Shown here in pieces: positions 8,578 through 16,338 of a stretch of DNA of 32,000 nucleotides. The DNA comes from Longivirga aurantiaca (GTDB taxonomy: Bacteria > Actinomycetota > Actinomycetes > S36-B12 > CAIYMF01). The notes beneath the pieces are model-generated. The model was not told the DNA's origin and made no database searches. It saw nothing but the letters and a program-made list of their open reading frames with translations. Positions within the stretch are counted from its first letter, which is position 1, and each line of letters starts with the position of its first letter. The DNA is taken from contig NZ_JBHSTI010000008.1 of NCBI RefSeq assembly GCF_042660085.1, positions 570,001 to 602,000 on the forward strand, given 5' to 3'. The position numbers were made by a program, and so were the translations under genes.

Positions 8578-9903
8578 GTGATCGCCACCAGCCCGCTTCC
8601 CGACGTCGAGATCCCAGAGATCGGGCTGACCGATTTCGTTCTGGCGAGGGCCCCCCTGCTGGCGGACAAGCCGGCGCTGATCGACGGCCCGTCCGGACGC
8701 GTCATCACCTACGGCGAGCTGGAGAGCGGCATCCGCTCGCTCGCAGCCGGCCTCGTGGAGCGGGGGTTCGGCCGTGGCAGCGTGCTGGCTCTGATGGCTC
8801 CCAACGTCCCCGAGTTCGGCGTCGTGTTCCACGCCGCTGCATACGCAGGCGGGACCGTCACGACCATCAGCCCGACGTACACGGCTGAGGAAACGAGGTC
8901 CCACCTGCGGGATTCCCGAGCAACGGTGCTGGTCGCTGCCTTCCCCTACCTCGAGACGGCATCGGCGGCGGCCGAGGGCACCCACGTCACGTCGGTCTAC
9001 GCGCTGGGTGATGGGGGAGGGGCGGAGCCGATCGCCTCGTTGTCGAGCAGCCCGCTCCAGAAGCACGCCGTGGTGCAGCCGGACGACGTCGTCGCGCTTC
9101 CCTACTCATCCGGCACCACCGGCCGGAACAAGAGGGTGATGCTCACCCACCGCAATCTGGTCGCCAACATCGCCCAGGTGGCGGCTGCGGCCCAGGTGCG
9201 CGAGGACGAGGCCTTCATGGCGGTCCTTCCGTTCTTCCACATCTACGGCATGCAGGTGCTCATGAACACCGGCCTGCGCGCGGGCGCCACCATCGTGACC
9301 ATGCCGCGCTTCGACCTCGAGCATCTCCTGGCGCTTCACTCCCGGTACCGCGTCACCCGCTCGTTCGTCGCCCCGCCGATCGTCGTGGCCCTGGCCAAGT
9401 ACCCGTCCGTCGCACACTACGACCTCTCGGCTCTCGAGCAGGTGCTCTCGGGCGCGGCGCCGTTGTCGGCCGACCTCGCCCGCGAGGCTGCGGCCAGGAT
9501 CGGCTGCGAGGTCGTCCAGGGCTACGGGATGACGGAGCTGTCTCCGGTCTCGCACGTGACGGCGCCCGGCGACTTCAGGCCCGGTTCGGTGGGTGTGACG
9601 GTCTCGAACACCGAGTGCAGGGTGATCGACGTGGCCACCGGCGCACCCCTCGGGCTGGGCCAGGACGGCGAGACCTGCGTCCGCGGTCCGCAGGTGATGC
9701 TCGGCTACCTCGGCAACCCGGAGGCGACGGTGGGCATCCTGGACACGGACGGATGGCTGCACACCGGCAACATCGGCCACGTCGATGCCGACGGTCACCT
9801 CTACATCGTCGACCGGCTCAAGGAGCTCATCAAGTACAACGGGTTCCAGGTGCCGCCGGCCGAACTGGAGGCCGTGCTCAGGAGCCCCAACATCCACGTC
9901 TGA
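8578..9903 (+). pseudogene. AMP-dependent acyl/aryl-CoA ligase (4-coumarate-CoA ligase-like), 3-prime truncated
   Basis: GTG 8578 after aggagga. AMP-binding motifs LPYSSGTTGRNKRVMLTH, GYGMTE, GWLHTGNIG, IVDRLKELIKYNGFQVPPAELE. The ORF stops about 20 aa after KELIKY. Most of the C-terminal subdomain, including the conserved catalytic lysine region, is therefore missing (441 aa versus the 500-550 aa usual for this family). Confidence 0.75.
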
Positions 9904-9958
9904 GCTCCAAGTGCGGCCTCGGCAGCTGCATCACGACCACTGTCGGATGCGGCATCGA

Positions 9959-9968
9959 CTGTCGACAG
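9959..9968. promoter_or_regulatory. perfect 10-bp palindrome CTGTCGACAG, copy 1 (putative GntR operator)
   Basis: Exact palindrome in context cgaCTGTCGACAGactg. Fits the GT-N-AC core typical of GntR/FadR-type operators. Confidence 0.5.
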
Positions 9969-10029
9969 ACTGCGCTCTGCCTCGGCGCGATCGAAGAGCG
10001 TCTCCGCCCATCTGGGTAGCGAAAAGGGC

Positions 10030-10058
10030 TTGACATGTACTCCATCTGTCGACAGTCT
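10030..10058 (+). promoter_or_regulatory. candidate promoter of the GntR-headed operon
   Basis: TTGACA (10030-10035), 17-nt spacer, CAGTCT (10053-10058; A2 and T6 of the actinobacterial TANNNT pattern). Palindrome copy 2 overlaps the spacer and -10 element. Confidence 0.4.
10046..10055. promoter_or_regulatory. perfect 10-bp palindrome CTGTCGACAG, copy 2 (putative GntR operator)
   Basis: Exact repeat in context catCTGTCGACAGtctt, overlapping the predicted -10 region. Confidence 0.55.
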
Positions 10059-10075
10059 TTCGCTCGCGCACTCAA

Positions 10076-10085
10076 CTGTCGACAG
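10076..10085. promoter_or_regulatory. perfect 10-bp palindrome CTGTCGACAG, copy 3 (putative GntR operator)
   Basis: Exact repeat in context caaCTGTCGACAGtttg, 30 bp (about three helical turns) from copy 2 and 14 nt upstream of the gntR ATG. RBS gggagg follows at 10089-10094. Confidence 0.55.
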
Positions 10086-10099
10086 TTTGGGAGGTCCTC

Positions 10100-10936
10100 A
10101 TGGAGCGCTCGGCGCGTGAAACCGCGGCACCGATCATCCCGCTGACGTCCAGCGCGATCGGCGGCCGCGAGGATGCCCCCGCTGACGATCGTGGCCCCAG
10201 CCGCATCGAGTGGGTGCACGACAAGCTGCGTGACCGCATCCTCACCGGAAACCTCGCGCCTGGAACGGTCGTCTCCCAGGCCGCTCTGGCGCGCGAGCTC
10301 GGCCTGTCGCGCGCCCCAATCCGCGAGGCGCTGCGCCGGCTCGAGGGCGAGGGCCTCGTGGAGTCCCGGCACAACCAGAGGGTCCAGATCGCTGATCTGT
10401 CGATCAGCGACATGGAGGAGATCTACGCCTCCCGCATCGCCATCGAGACGCTCGCGGTTCGCTTCACGGTCCCACGCCTGACGAAGGACGACGTGGCCGA
10501 GATGAAGCACGCATGGACGGCGATGCGCGAGAGCGCCGAGAAGCAGGACCGCAGCCGTTGGTCGGTCGAGCACACGCGCTTCCACATGGTGGCCCTGTCC
10601 CCGGTCGGACCCCGACTGACCGCGCAGATCGCCCAGCTCGATGACCACGCAGGTCGCTACCGAGCCCTCTACATGACGCAGGTCAACGCCTCGTGGGACT
10701 CCATTCTCACGCAGGACGCGGCGATCATCGACGCGGTCGAGAGCAGCGACCTGGACGCCGTCGTCGACCGCTGGGCGCGGCACGTCGCGAGCACGGTGCT
10801 GTCGACCATCGCCGTGGTCGACCCCACGCACGACGCACGACTGGTCCGGGCAGCCCTGCAGAACTCGCTGTCGGCCCCGAGCCGCGACACCGCCGGCAGC
10901 CACACGGCTGCCCGCCCTGGCGCATCGGAGGCCTGA
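10100..10936 (+). CDS. GntR family transcriptional regulator, FadR/FCD subfamily
   Basis: Winged HTH LAPGTVVSQAALARELGLSRAPIREALRRLEGEGLVESRHNQRVQI, followed by an all-helical FCD-like domain (EEIYASRIAIETLAVR). Carries an N-terminal extension of about 40 aa. Confidence 0.9.
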   Translation: MERSARETAAPIIPLTSSAIGGREDAPADDRGPSRIEWVHDKLRDRILTGNLAPGTVVSQAALARELGLSRAPIREALRRLEGEGLVESRHNQRVQIADLSISDMEEIYASRIAIETLAVRFTVPRLTKDDVAEMKHAWTAMRESAEKQDRSRWSVEHTRFHMVALSPVGPRLTAQIAQLDDHAGRYRALYMTQVNASWDSILTQDAAIIDAVESSDLDAVVDRWARHVASTVLSTIAVVDPTHDARLVRAALQNSLSAPSRDTAGSHTAARPGASEA

Positions 10937-10937
10937 A

Positions 10938-12680
10938 GTGTTCGGCCCGGGCTGGAGCCTCTCGCCGCGCGCCTACCGCGTGGTGCGGGAGCGAATCAGC
11001 ATCCCCGTCTCCGGCGGCGTGGATCTCGCCGCAACGGTGTTCAGGCCGGACGACGACGGGCAGTTCCCCGTGATACTCGGCGTCCACGCCTACGACGGGG
11101 CGATGCAGTCGACGCCGTCCATGCCGCAGGCGTTGCAGGGTGCCAACGCGCAGGCGGAGGCCGGCGACCCGCGCTTCTACGCGCGCCGCGGCTACGTCCA
11201 CGTGATCGTGAACGCCCGGGGGACAGGCGGTTCGGGCGGCACCTACCAGCACTACGGCCCGCGCGACGTGGACGACGTCGTCGAGGTCATAGCCTGGCTC
11301 GCTCGTCAGCGCTGGTCGACAGGGCGCGTGGGCATGTTCGGGATGTCGTACTTCTCCGTGGCGGCCAAGCAGGTGGCGGCGCGCAACCCCGAGGCGCTCA
11401 AGGCTGTGTTCGCGCCCTACGGCTACACCGACTTCTACCGCGACAAGTTCTTCCACGGCGGGATCCTCGCCCGATCGTTCGTGACGTCGTGGAGCAGCCA
11501 CCTGGCCGGAGTGCGGGTCGAGGGCTGGTCGCGACGCAATCTCGGCGATGGCGAGTTCGGCCGCAGGCTCGAGGAGCTCCGTGCCGACGCGGACATCATG
11601 GCCGTCGCCCAGCTCGCGGCGGCCATCGCAGCGCCCGACGAGGGCCCGAATCCGCTCATCGTCGACGTGCTCTTGAACCCGCTCGACGGACCGTACTGGG
11701 CAGAGCGCAACCCCGACCTCTCGGCCGTGCAGGTACCCATCGTCCTCGGCGGCTGCTGGGGGATGTACGGCCTGCACCTGCCGGGCGAGTTCCGGGCCTG
11801 GGAGCGGATCACCGCGCCGAAGAAGCTGTTCGTCGGCCCGCCGATCTACGTCGACCGGCCGGTCTACCAGTACGCGCAGGAGTCGCTGCGCTGGTTCGAT
11901 CACTGGCTCAAGGACAACGACACCGGCTACCTCGACGAGGCGCCGATCCAGCTGTTCCTCCCCGGGTCGGACGGGGAGTGGATCGAGGCCGAGCAGTGGC
12001 CGCTCCCTCAGACGCGCTGGCAATCGTTCTACCTGCACCGCGACGGCCTGCTCTCCGAGCACGAGCACTGGCCGCACGAGGGCGCGACGAGCTACGAGGA
12101 CAACACGTTCAACAAGCGCGGGGCCATCACCTTCACGACGCCACCGCTGGTCGAGCGCACGACGATCCTCGGCCACGCCACCCTCACGCTGCACGCGGCC
12201 ACGACGGACGACGAGCTGCTCGTGTTCGCGAGCATGTGGCTCGTCGACGCCGACGGCAGCCGCTCAATGCTCACCCGCGGCTGGCTGCGCGGGTCGATGC
12301 GCACGGTGAACCGCGAGCTGTCCAAGCCTTGGCTCGTCCACCACGACTTCACCGACCGCAAGCCCCTCGAGCCCGACACCATCCACGAGCTCGAGCTCAA
12401 CATCGCTCCCACCGCGATCGTCCTCCATCCCGGCCAGCGGCTCGAGCTGCAGATCAGCTCATCGGACGAGGACGACGCAGGGACGTTCATGGACTTGATC
12501 TCGCAGGGGCACTTGCTTCGGCAGAGCCCCTCGTGGATCAGCGTCTACCACGACGAGGACCACCCCTCGACGCTGCGGCTCCCGGTGATCGAGGGCAACC
12601 GCATCGGCACCTACCTCTCGGGCGGCGTCCCGGCCCGGCCCAGCGCCGGACCTGTCCGGAGCAGCACGAACGAATGGTGA
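10938..12680 (+). CDS. CocE/NonD family (peptidase S15-like) alpha/beta hydrolase
   Basis: GTG 10938 lies 1 nt after the gntR stop. Motifs RRGYVHVIVNARGTGGSGG, DVDDVVEVIAWLARQRWSTGRVGMFGMSYFS (nucleophile GMSY) and a C-terminal beta-sandwich-like domain. 580 aa. Confidence 0.85.
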   Translation: MFGPGWSLSPRAYRVVRERISIPVSGGVDLAATVFRPDDDGQFPVILGVHAYDGAMQSTPSMPQALQGANAQAEAGDPRFYARRGYVHVIVNARGTGGSGGTYQHYGPRDVDDVVEVIAWLARQRWSTGRVGMFGMSYFSVAAKQVAARNPEALKAVFAPYGYTDFYRDKFFHGGILARSFVTSWSSHLAGVRVEGWSRRNLGDGEFGRRLEELRADADIMAVAQLAAAIAAPDEGPNPLIVDVLLNPLDGPYWAERNPDLSAVQVPIVLGGCWGMYGLHLPGEFRAWERITAPKKLFVGPPIYVDRPVYQYAQESLRWFDHWLKDNDTGYLDEAPIQLFLPGSDGEWIEAEQWPLPQTRWQSFYLHRDGLLSEHEHWPHEGATSYEDNTFNKRGAITFTTPPLVERTTILGHATLTLHAATTDDELLVFASMWLVDADGSRSMLTRGWLRGSMRTVNRELSKPWLVHHDFTDRKPLEPDTIHELELNIAPTAIVLHPGQRLELQISSSDEDDAGTFMDLISQGHLLRQSPSWISVYHDEDHPSTLRLPVIEGNRIGTYLSGGVPARPSAGPVRSSTNEW

Positions 12681-12723
12681 CCCCGACCCCTCGACCGTCC
12701 GGCCCACCCCAGGAGGACCAACG

Positions 12724-13824
12724 ATGATCACGCCGTGGCTGTTCGACATCTTCAACTACCCCTTCGACGCCTCCCCCGGCAGCTTCGACGCCAAGGCACT
12801 GCAGGACCTCTACGACTGGCACCTCGAGTCGTGGGAGGTCGCCGAGCAGGCCGGTTTCGAGGGCCTGTTCTTCAGCGAGCACCACTTCACGCCGTACTCG
12901 GTCAGCCCGTCGCCCAACCTGCTCATCGCGGCGGCGGCCCAGCGGACGACGAAGATGCGTCTCGGCGTGATGGGCAACATCGTGCCGCTGCACAACCCCC
13001 GGCGCCTCGCCGAGGAGTACGCGATGCTCGACTACCTCAGCCACGGCCGGCTCGAGATCGGCATCGGCCGCGGCGTGGACGAGAAGGAGTTCGGCCGCGA
13101 GGGCATCCCGATGGCGGAGACCCGTCCCCGATTCGAGGAGGGCTTGCGCCTCATCGAGAGCATGCTCTACAACCCGGTGTTCACCCATGAGGGCACCTAC
13201 GCCACCTACGAGCCCACGACGATGTGGCCGCCGCCCCTCGACCGCGACCGCCGCCGCATGTGGATCACGGCGCTCAGCCCGCAGACCATCCAGTGGTGCG
13301 GCACGAACGGCTACAACATCGCGACCGCCTTCCAGCCGACGGCGCAGCTGCGCGCTGTGAACGACGCCTACAAGGAGGCGGCGAAGGCGGCCGGCCAGCC
13401 TCACGGGCCGGACTCCACGATGATCCTGCGCAACGTCTACGTCGGCGAGACCGACGAGGAGGCGCGCCGCATCGCCGAGCCCGCGCTCAACCGCATGTTC
13501 GGCCTCTACAAGGAGGCCGTCATGTTCCAGGACCTCGACCACATCCCGGACGGCTACGACAGCCAGTTCTACGAGTCGTTCTTCCGCCCCTTCGCCGGCG
13601 ACGGCCCCGTGTACTGGGACGCGCTCATCGACCTCGGCATCTTCGTGGTCGGATCGCCTGACACCGTACGCGAGTCGCTGATCAAGCAGGCGCAGGAGCT
13701 CGGCACCAGCAACATCCTCATGTGGGCGTCGTTCGGCTCGCTCACCAAGGAGGAAACCATCAGCTCCTACCGGCTCCTCGGCGAGCATGTGATCCCGGCC
13801 CTCCGCGAGGCCGAGGTCGTCTGA
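12724..13824 (+). CDS. LLM-class (luciferase-like) flavin-dependent monooxygenase
   Basis: ATG after aggagg. FEGLFFSEHHF, RLGVMGNIVPLHNPRRLAEEYAMLDYLSHGRLEIGIGRG are classic bacterial luciferase-family motifs. 366 aa. Confidence 0.9.
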   Translation: MITPWLFDIFNYPFDASPGSFDAKALQDLYDWHLESWEVAEQAGFEGLFFSEHHFTPYSVSPSPNLLIAAAAQRTTKMRLGVMGNIVPLHNPRRLAEEYAMLDYLSHGRLEIGIGRGVDEKEFGREGIPMAETRPRFEEGLRLIESMLYNPVFTHEGTYATYEPTTMWPPPLDRDRRRMWITALSPQTIQWCGTNGYNIATAFQPTAQLRAVNDAYKEAAKAAGQPHGPDSTMILRNVYVGETDEEARRIAEPALNRMFGLYKEAVMFQDLDHIPDGYDSQFYESFFRPFAGDGPVYWDALIDLGIFVVGSPDTVRESLIKQAQELGTSNILMWASFGSLTKEETISSYRLLGEHVIPALREAEVV

Positions 13825-13873
13825 GCCGCGACGCCGGGCCGTCCTTCCTGAGGGCCCGGCACGCAGGCACCCG

Positions 13874-13911
13874 CCACCGGCTGCGACGGCTTCGCCCGTC
13901 GCAGCCGGTGG
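13874..13911 (+). other. strong intercistronic stem-loop between the monooxygenase and reductase genes
   Basis: ccaccggctgcgacgg (13874-13889) pairs perfectly with ccgtcgcagccggtgg (13896-13911): 16-bp stem, 6-nt loop. A weaker gccgggcc/ggcccggc hairpin precedes it. No U-tract. Confidence 0.6.
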
Positions 13912-13941
13912 GCCCCGGCACACCTCTGCCCAGGAGAGCCC

Positions 13942-14523
13942 ATGTCCCTCCCCACCCTTGCCCGCCCGACGGAGACGACGGTGCCCAGCCCCCGGCCCGA
14001 GCCCACCCCGCACGCGCTGGGCCCTGACGATTTCCGCGACGCGTTCCGGCACCACCCCGGCGGCGTCGCCCTGGTGACCGCGCTCGGGGAGCACGCGCCG
14101 GCAGCGCTCACGGCCACCTCGCTGACGTCGATCAGCGCCGACCCCGCGGTGCTCGCCTTCTCGGTGTCGCACGCGTCGTCGGCGGCGCCGACGATCCTGG
14201 CCGCGGGCACCGTCGTCGTGCACCTGCTCGATGCCTCGACCGTGCACCTGGCCAAGCTGGGCGCGACCAGCGGCATCGACCGGTTCGCCGACACGTCGCT
14301 CTGGACCACCCTGCCCACGGGCGAGCCGGTCTTCCGGGGCACCCGCTGGCTGCGCGCCCGCGTCCTCGACCGTGTCGACGCCGGCGCCGCGACCCTCGTC
14401 CTCGCCGAGCCCCTGGAGTGCGACCTCGGGTCCGACGACGTCGGGGAGGGCTGCGTCCGCGAGGGCCTCGTCTACCTCAACCGCACCTGGCACCGCCTCG
14501 GCGACGCCAGCCGGCTGGACTGA
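13942..14523 (+). CDS. flavin reductase family protein (NAD(P)H:flavin oxidoreductase component)
   Basis: ATG after aggaga. FRDAFRHHPGGVALVTA...ALTATSLTSISADPAVLAFSV matches the flavin reductase-like FMN-binding domain. Probable partner of the adjacent LLM enzyme. Confidence 0.85.
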   Translation: MSLPTLARPTETTVPSPRPEPTPHALGPDDFRDAFRHHPGGVALVTALGEHAPAALTATSLTSISADPAVLAFSVSHASSAAPTILAAGTVVVHLLDASTVHLAKLGATSGIDRFADTSLWTTLPTGEPVFRGTRWLRARVLDRVDAGAATLVLAEPLECDLGSDDVGEGCVREGLVYLNRTWHRLGDASRLD

Positions 14524-14530
14524 GGGCGGC

Positions 14531-15358
14531 ATGAAGGTCGCAGCTCTCGACGGCCGCCTCACGATCAGCGTCGACGACCGATGGGTCGACGTCGCCGACG
14601 CCAGCCATGGCCGATTCTCCCCCGATCCCATGGGCGCCTACGAGCGCTGGGACGAGCTGCTTGCATGGTCGACGTCGGCCGAGGCGTCGTCCGGCCCCAC
14701 CGCCGTGGGTTCGCCCGGCGTGCCGGTCCCACGGCCCCGGCAGATGTTCGCGATCGGGCTCAACTACCGCGAGCACGCGGCCGAGTCGGGCTTCGACATC
14801 CCCGAGCACCCGGTGGTCTTCGGCAAGTTCCAGTCGTCGCTCACCGGTCAGGGGGCCACCGTGAGGCTGCCCAGCGACGGCGTCGACTGGGAGGTCGAGC
14901 TCGTCGTCGTCATCGGGCACGAGGCGCACCAGGTAGCGCCGGAGAAGGCCTGGGACCACGTCGCCGGCCTCACCATCGGGCAGGACCTGTCGTGGCGGGC
15001 CGTGCAGACTCGCGGCCCTGCGCCGCAGTTCTCGATCGGCAAGTCCTACCCCGGCTTCAGCCCGGTGGGGCCTTGGGTGGTCACTTCCGACGAGCTCGAC
15101 GACCGCGACGACCTGCGCATCTCGTGCAGTCTCGACGGCGAGGTGCTGCAGGACGGCCGGACCTCTGACCTCATCTTCCCCGTGGCCGACCTCGTCAGCA
15201 GGCTCTCCTCCTCCCTCACGCTCTACCCCGGCGACCTCATCTTCACCGGCACCCCCTCCGGCGTGGGCATCGGCCGCGATCCGCGCCGCTTCCTCGTGCC
15301 CGGGACCCTCGTCAGCTCCATCGAGGGGCTCGGAGAGCTCTCGATCAGCCTCGTCTGA
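14531..15358 (+). CDS. fumarylacetoacetate hydrolase (FAH) family protein
   Basis: MFAIGLNYREHAAE, DWEVELVVVIG, GKSYPGFSPVGPWVVT, GDLIFTGTPSGVG are FAH-fold metal/substrate motifs. Track ORF 14231 is over-extended; ATG 14531 follows gaggg. Confidence 0.9.
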   Translation: MKVAALDGRLTISVDDRWVDVADASHGRFSPDPMGAYERWDELLAWSTSAEASSGPTAVGSPGVPVPRPRQMFAIGLNYREHAAESGFDIPEHPVVFGKFQSSLTGQGATVRLPSDGVDWEVELVVVIGHEAHQVAPEKAWDHVAGLTIGQDLSWRAVQTRGPAPQFSIGKSYPGFSPVGPWVVTSDELDDRDDLRISCSLDGEVLQDGRTSDLIFPVADLVSRLSSSLTLYPGDLIFTGTPSGVGIGRDPRRFLVPGTLVSSIEGLGELSISLV

Positions 15359-15369
15359 ATGGATTCGCC

Positions 15370-16287
15370 ATGGCACTGCACCGCCTCAGCTCGTTCACCT
15401 TCGAGGTACCCGACCCTGATGCCGTGGTGGCCTACTACGTCGAGTTCGGCCTCACCGACAACGGCGACGGCTCGATGTCGACCACCGACGGAGGCCGCCA
15501 GCTCCATGTGCGGCAGGGCAATCGACGCCGCATCAGCGAGCTCGTGGTCGGCGCCGACGACGAGGACGACCTCGGCCGCGTGGCGGCGTCCCTGGCGGCC
15601 CAAGGGTTCGGCGTGCAGACGTACGAGGGCGCGGTGCGGTCGATCGAGCCGGTGACCGGCACGGTCGTCAGCGTGGTCGTCGAGCCGCTGGCGGAACAGC
15701 CAGCACGCACACCGCCGGGCTACAACGGCCCGGGGGAGGTGGTTCGCACCAACTCCCGGGCCGACGGCGCCTCCAGCGTCGAGCGCGTCACGCCGCGACG
15801 CCTCGGGCATGTGGTTCTCGGCACCACCGATGCCGAGACCACGCAGCGGTTCTTCGTGGAGGGCGTGGGTTTCAAGGTGAGCGACCGCGCCGGTGTAGGC
15901 GCGTTCCTGCGCTGCAGCACCGACCACCACAACCTACTCGTGATGGGGTCCCCGGCCGTCTACCCCCACCACACGTCGTGGCAGGTCGACGACGTCGACC
16001 AGATCGGCCGCGGTGCGATGGACATGCTGGAGGGCCACCCCGAGCGGCACGTGTGGGGCCTCGGGCGCCACTACGCCGGCTCGAACTTCTTCTGGTACCT
16101 GAAGGACCCGGCGGGCACATTCAGCGAGTACTACTCAGACATGGACTGCATCGTCGACGACAGTCTCTGGAGCCCCGAGTCCGTCGAGGGGGCGAGGGGG
16201 CTGTTCCGATGGGGACCGCCGCCGCCCGCGTCCTTCCTCGACCCCGAGGACATCGCCGCCCACATCGTCGGAGCCCACGCACGGTAG
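15370..16287 (+). CDS. VOC-superfamily extradiol dioxygenase-like protein (catechol 2,3-dioxygenase-like)
   Basis: Two VOC modules. Candidate ligands in RLGHVVLG, HHTSWQV and YLKDPAGTFSEYY (His, His, Glu pattern). 305 aa. Confidence 0.8.
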   Translation: MALHRLSSFTFEVPDPDAVVAYYVEFGLTDNGDGSMSTTDGGRQLHVRQGNRRRISELVVGADDEDDLGRVAASLAAQGFGVQTYEGAVRSIEPVTGTVVSVVVEPLAEQPARTPPGYNGPGEVVRTNSRADGASSVERVTPRRLGHVVLGTTDAETTQRFFVEGVGFKVSDRAGVGAFLRCSTDHHNLLVMGSPAVYPHHTSWQVDDVDQIGRGAMDMLEGHPERHVWGLGRHYAGSNFFWYLKDPAGTFSEYYSDMDCIVDDSLWSPESVEGARGLFRWGPPPPASFLDPEDIAAHIVGAHAR

Positions 16288-16327
16288 CCAGTCTGCGGCC
16301 TTGCCGACGCGTCTCTCCGTCGACCGA

Positions 16328-16338
16328 CTGTCGCACAG
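16328..16338. promoter_or_regulatory. degenerate fourth copy of the palindrome (CTGTCGcACAG)
   Basis: cgactgtcgcacag shares the 9-mer cgactgtcg with copy 1 (9956-9964) and differs from the perfect palindrome by one inserted c. It lies 41 nt after the last gene of the module. Confidence 0.25.

Noticed and set aside
9906-10019. Cys/Thr-rich peptide frame (SSKCGLGSCITTTVGCGIDCRQTALCLGAIEERLRPSG) in the spacer after the truncated ligase, superficially lanthipeptide-like
   Set aside because: No ATG or GTG start and no RBS in that frame; upstream it is just an alternative frame of the ligase gene. GC3 is lower than in real genes, part of the sequence is dictated by the CTGTCGACAG palindrome, and no modification enzymes are nearby.
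9959-10085. Repeated identical 10-mers considered as a possible CRISPR-like or tandem-repeat array
   Set aside because: Only three copies, 10 bp long and palindromic, with irregular 87- and 30-bp spacing, located in a promoter. This fits operator sites, not CRISPR repeats. No cas genes are in the window.
12538-14631. 697-aa minus-strand ORF. Similar long shadow ORFs occur at 5550-6800, 7362-8708, 10725-12194, 9878-10903, 22384-23472, 23473-24525, 27652-29220, 29531-30946 and 30043-30993
   Set aside because: All overlap well-supported genes on the opposite strand or in another frame, and translate to Arg/Pro/Gly-rich sequence without domain signatures. Treated as GC-content artefacts.
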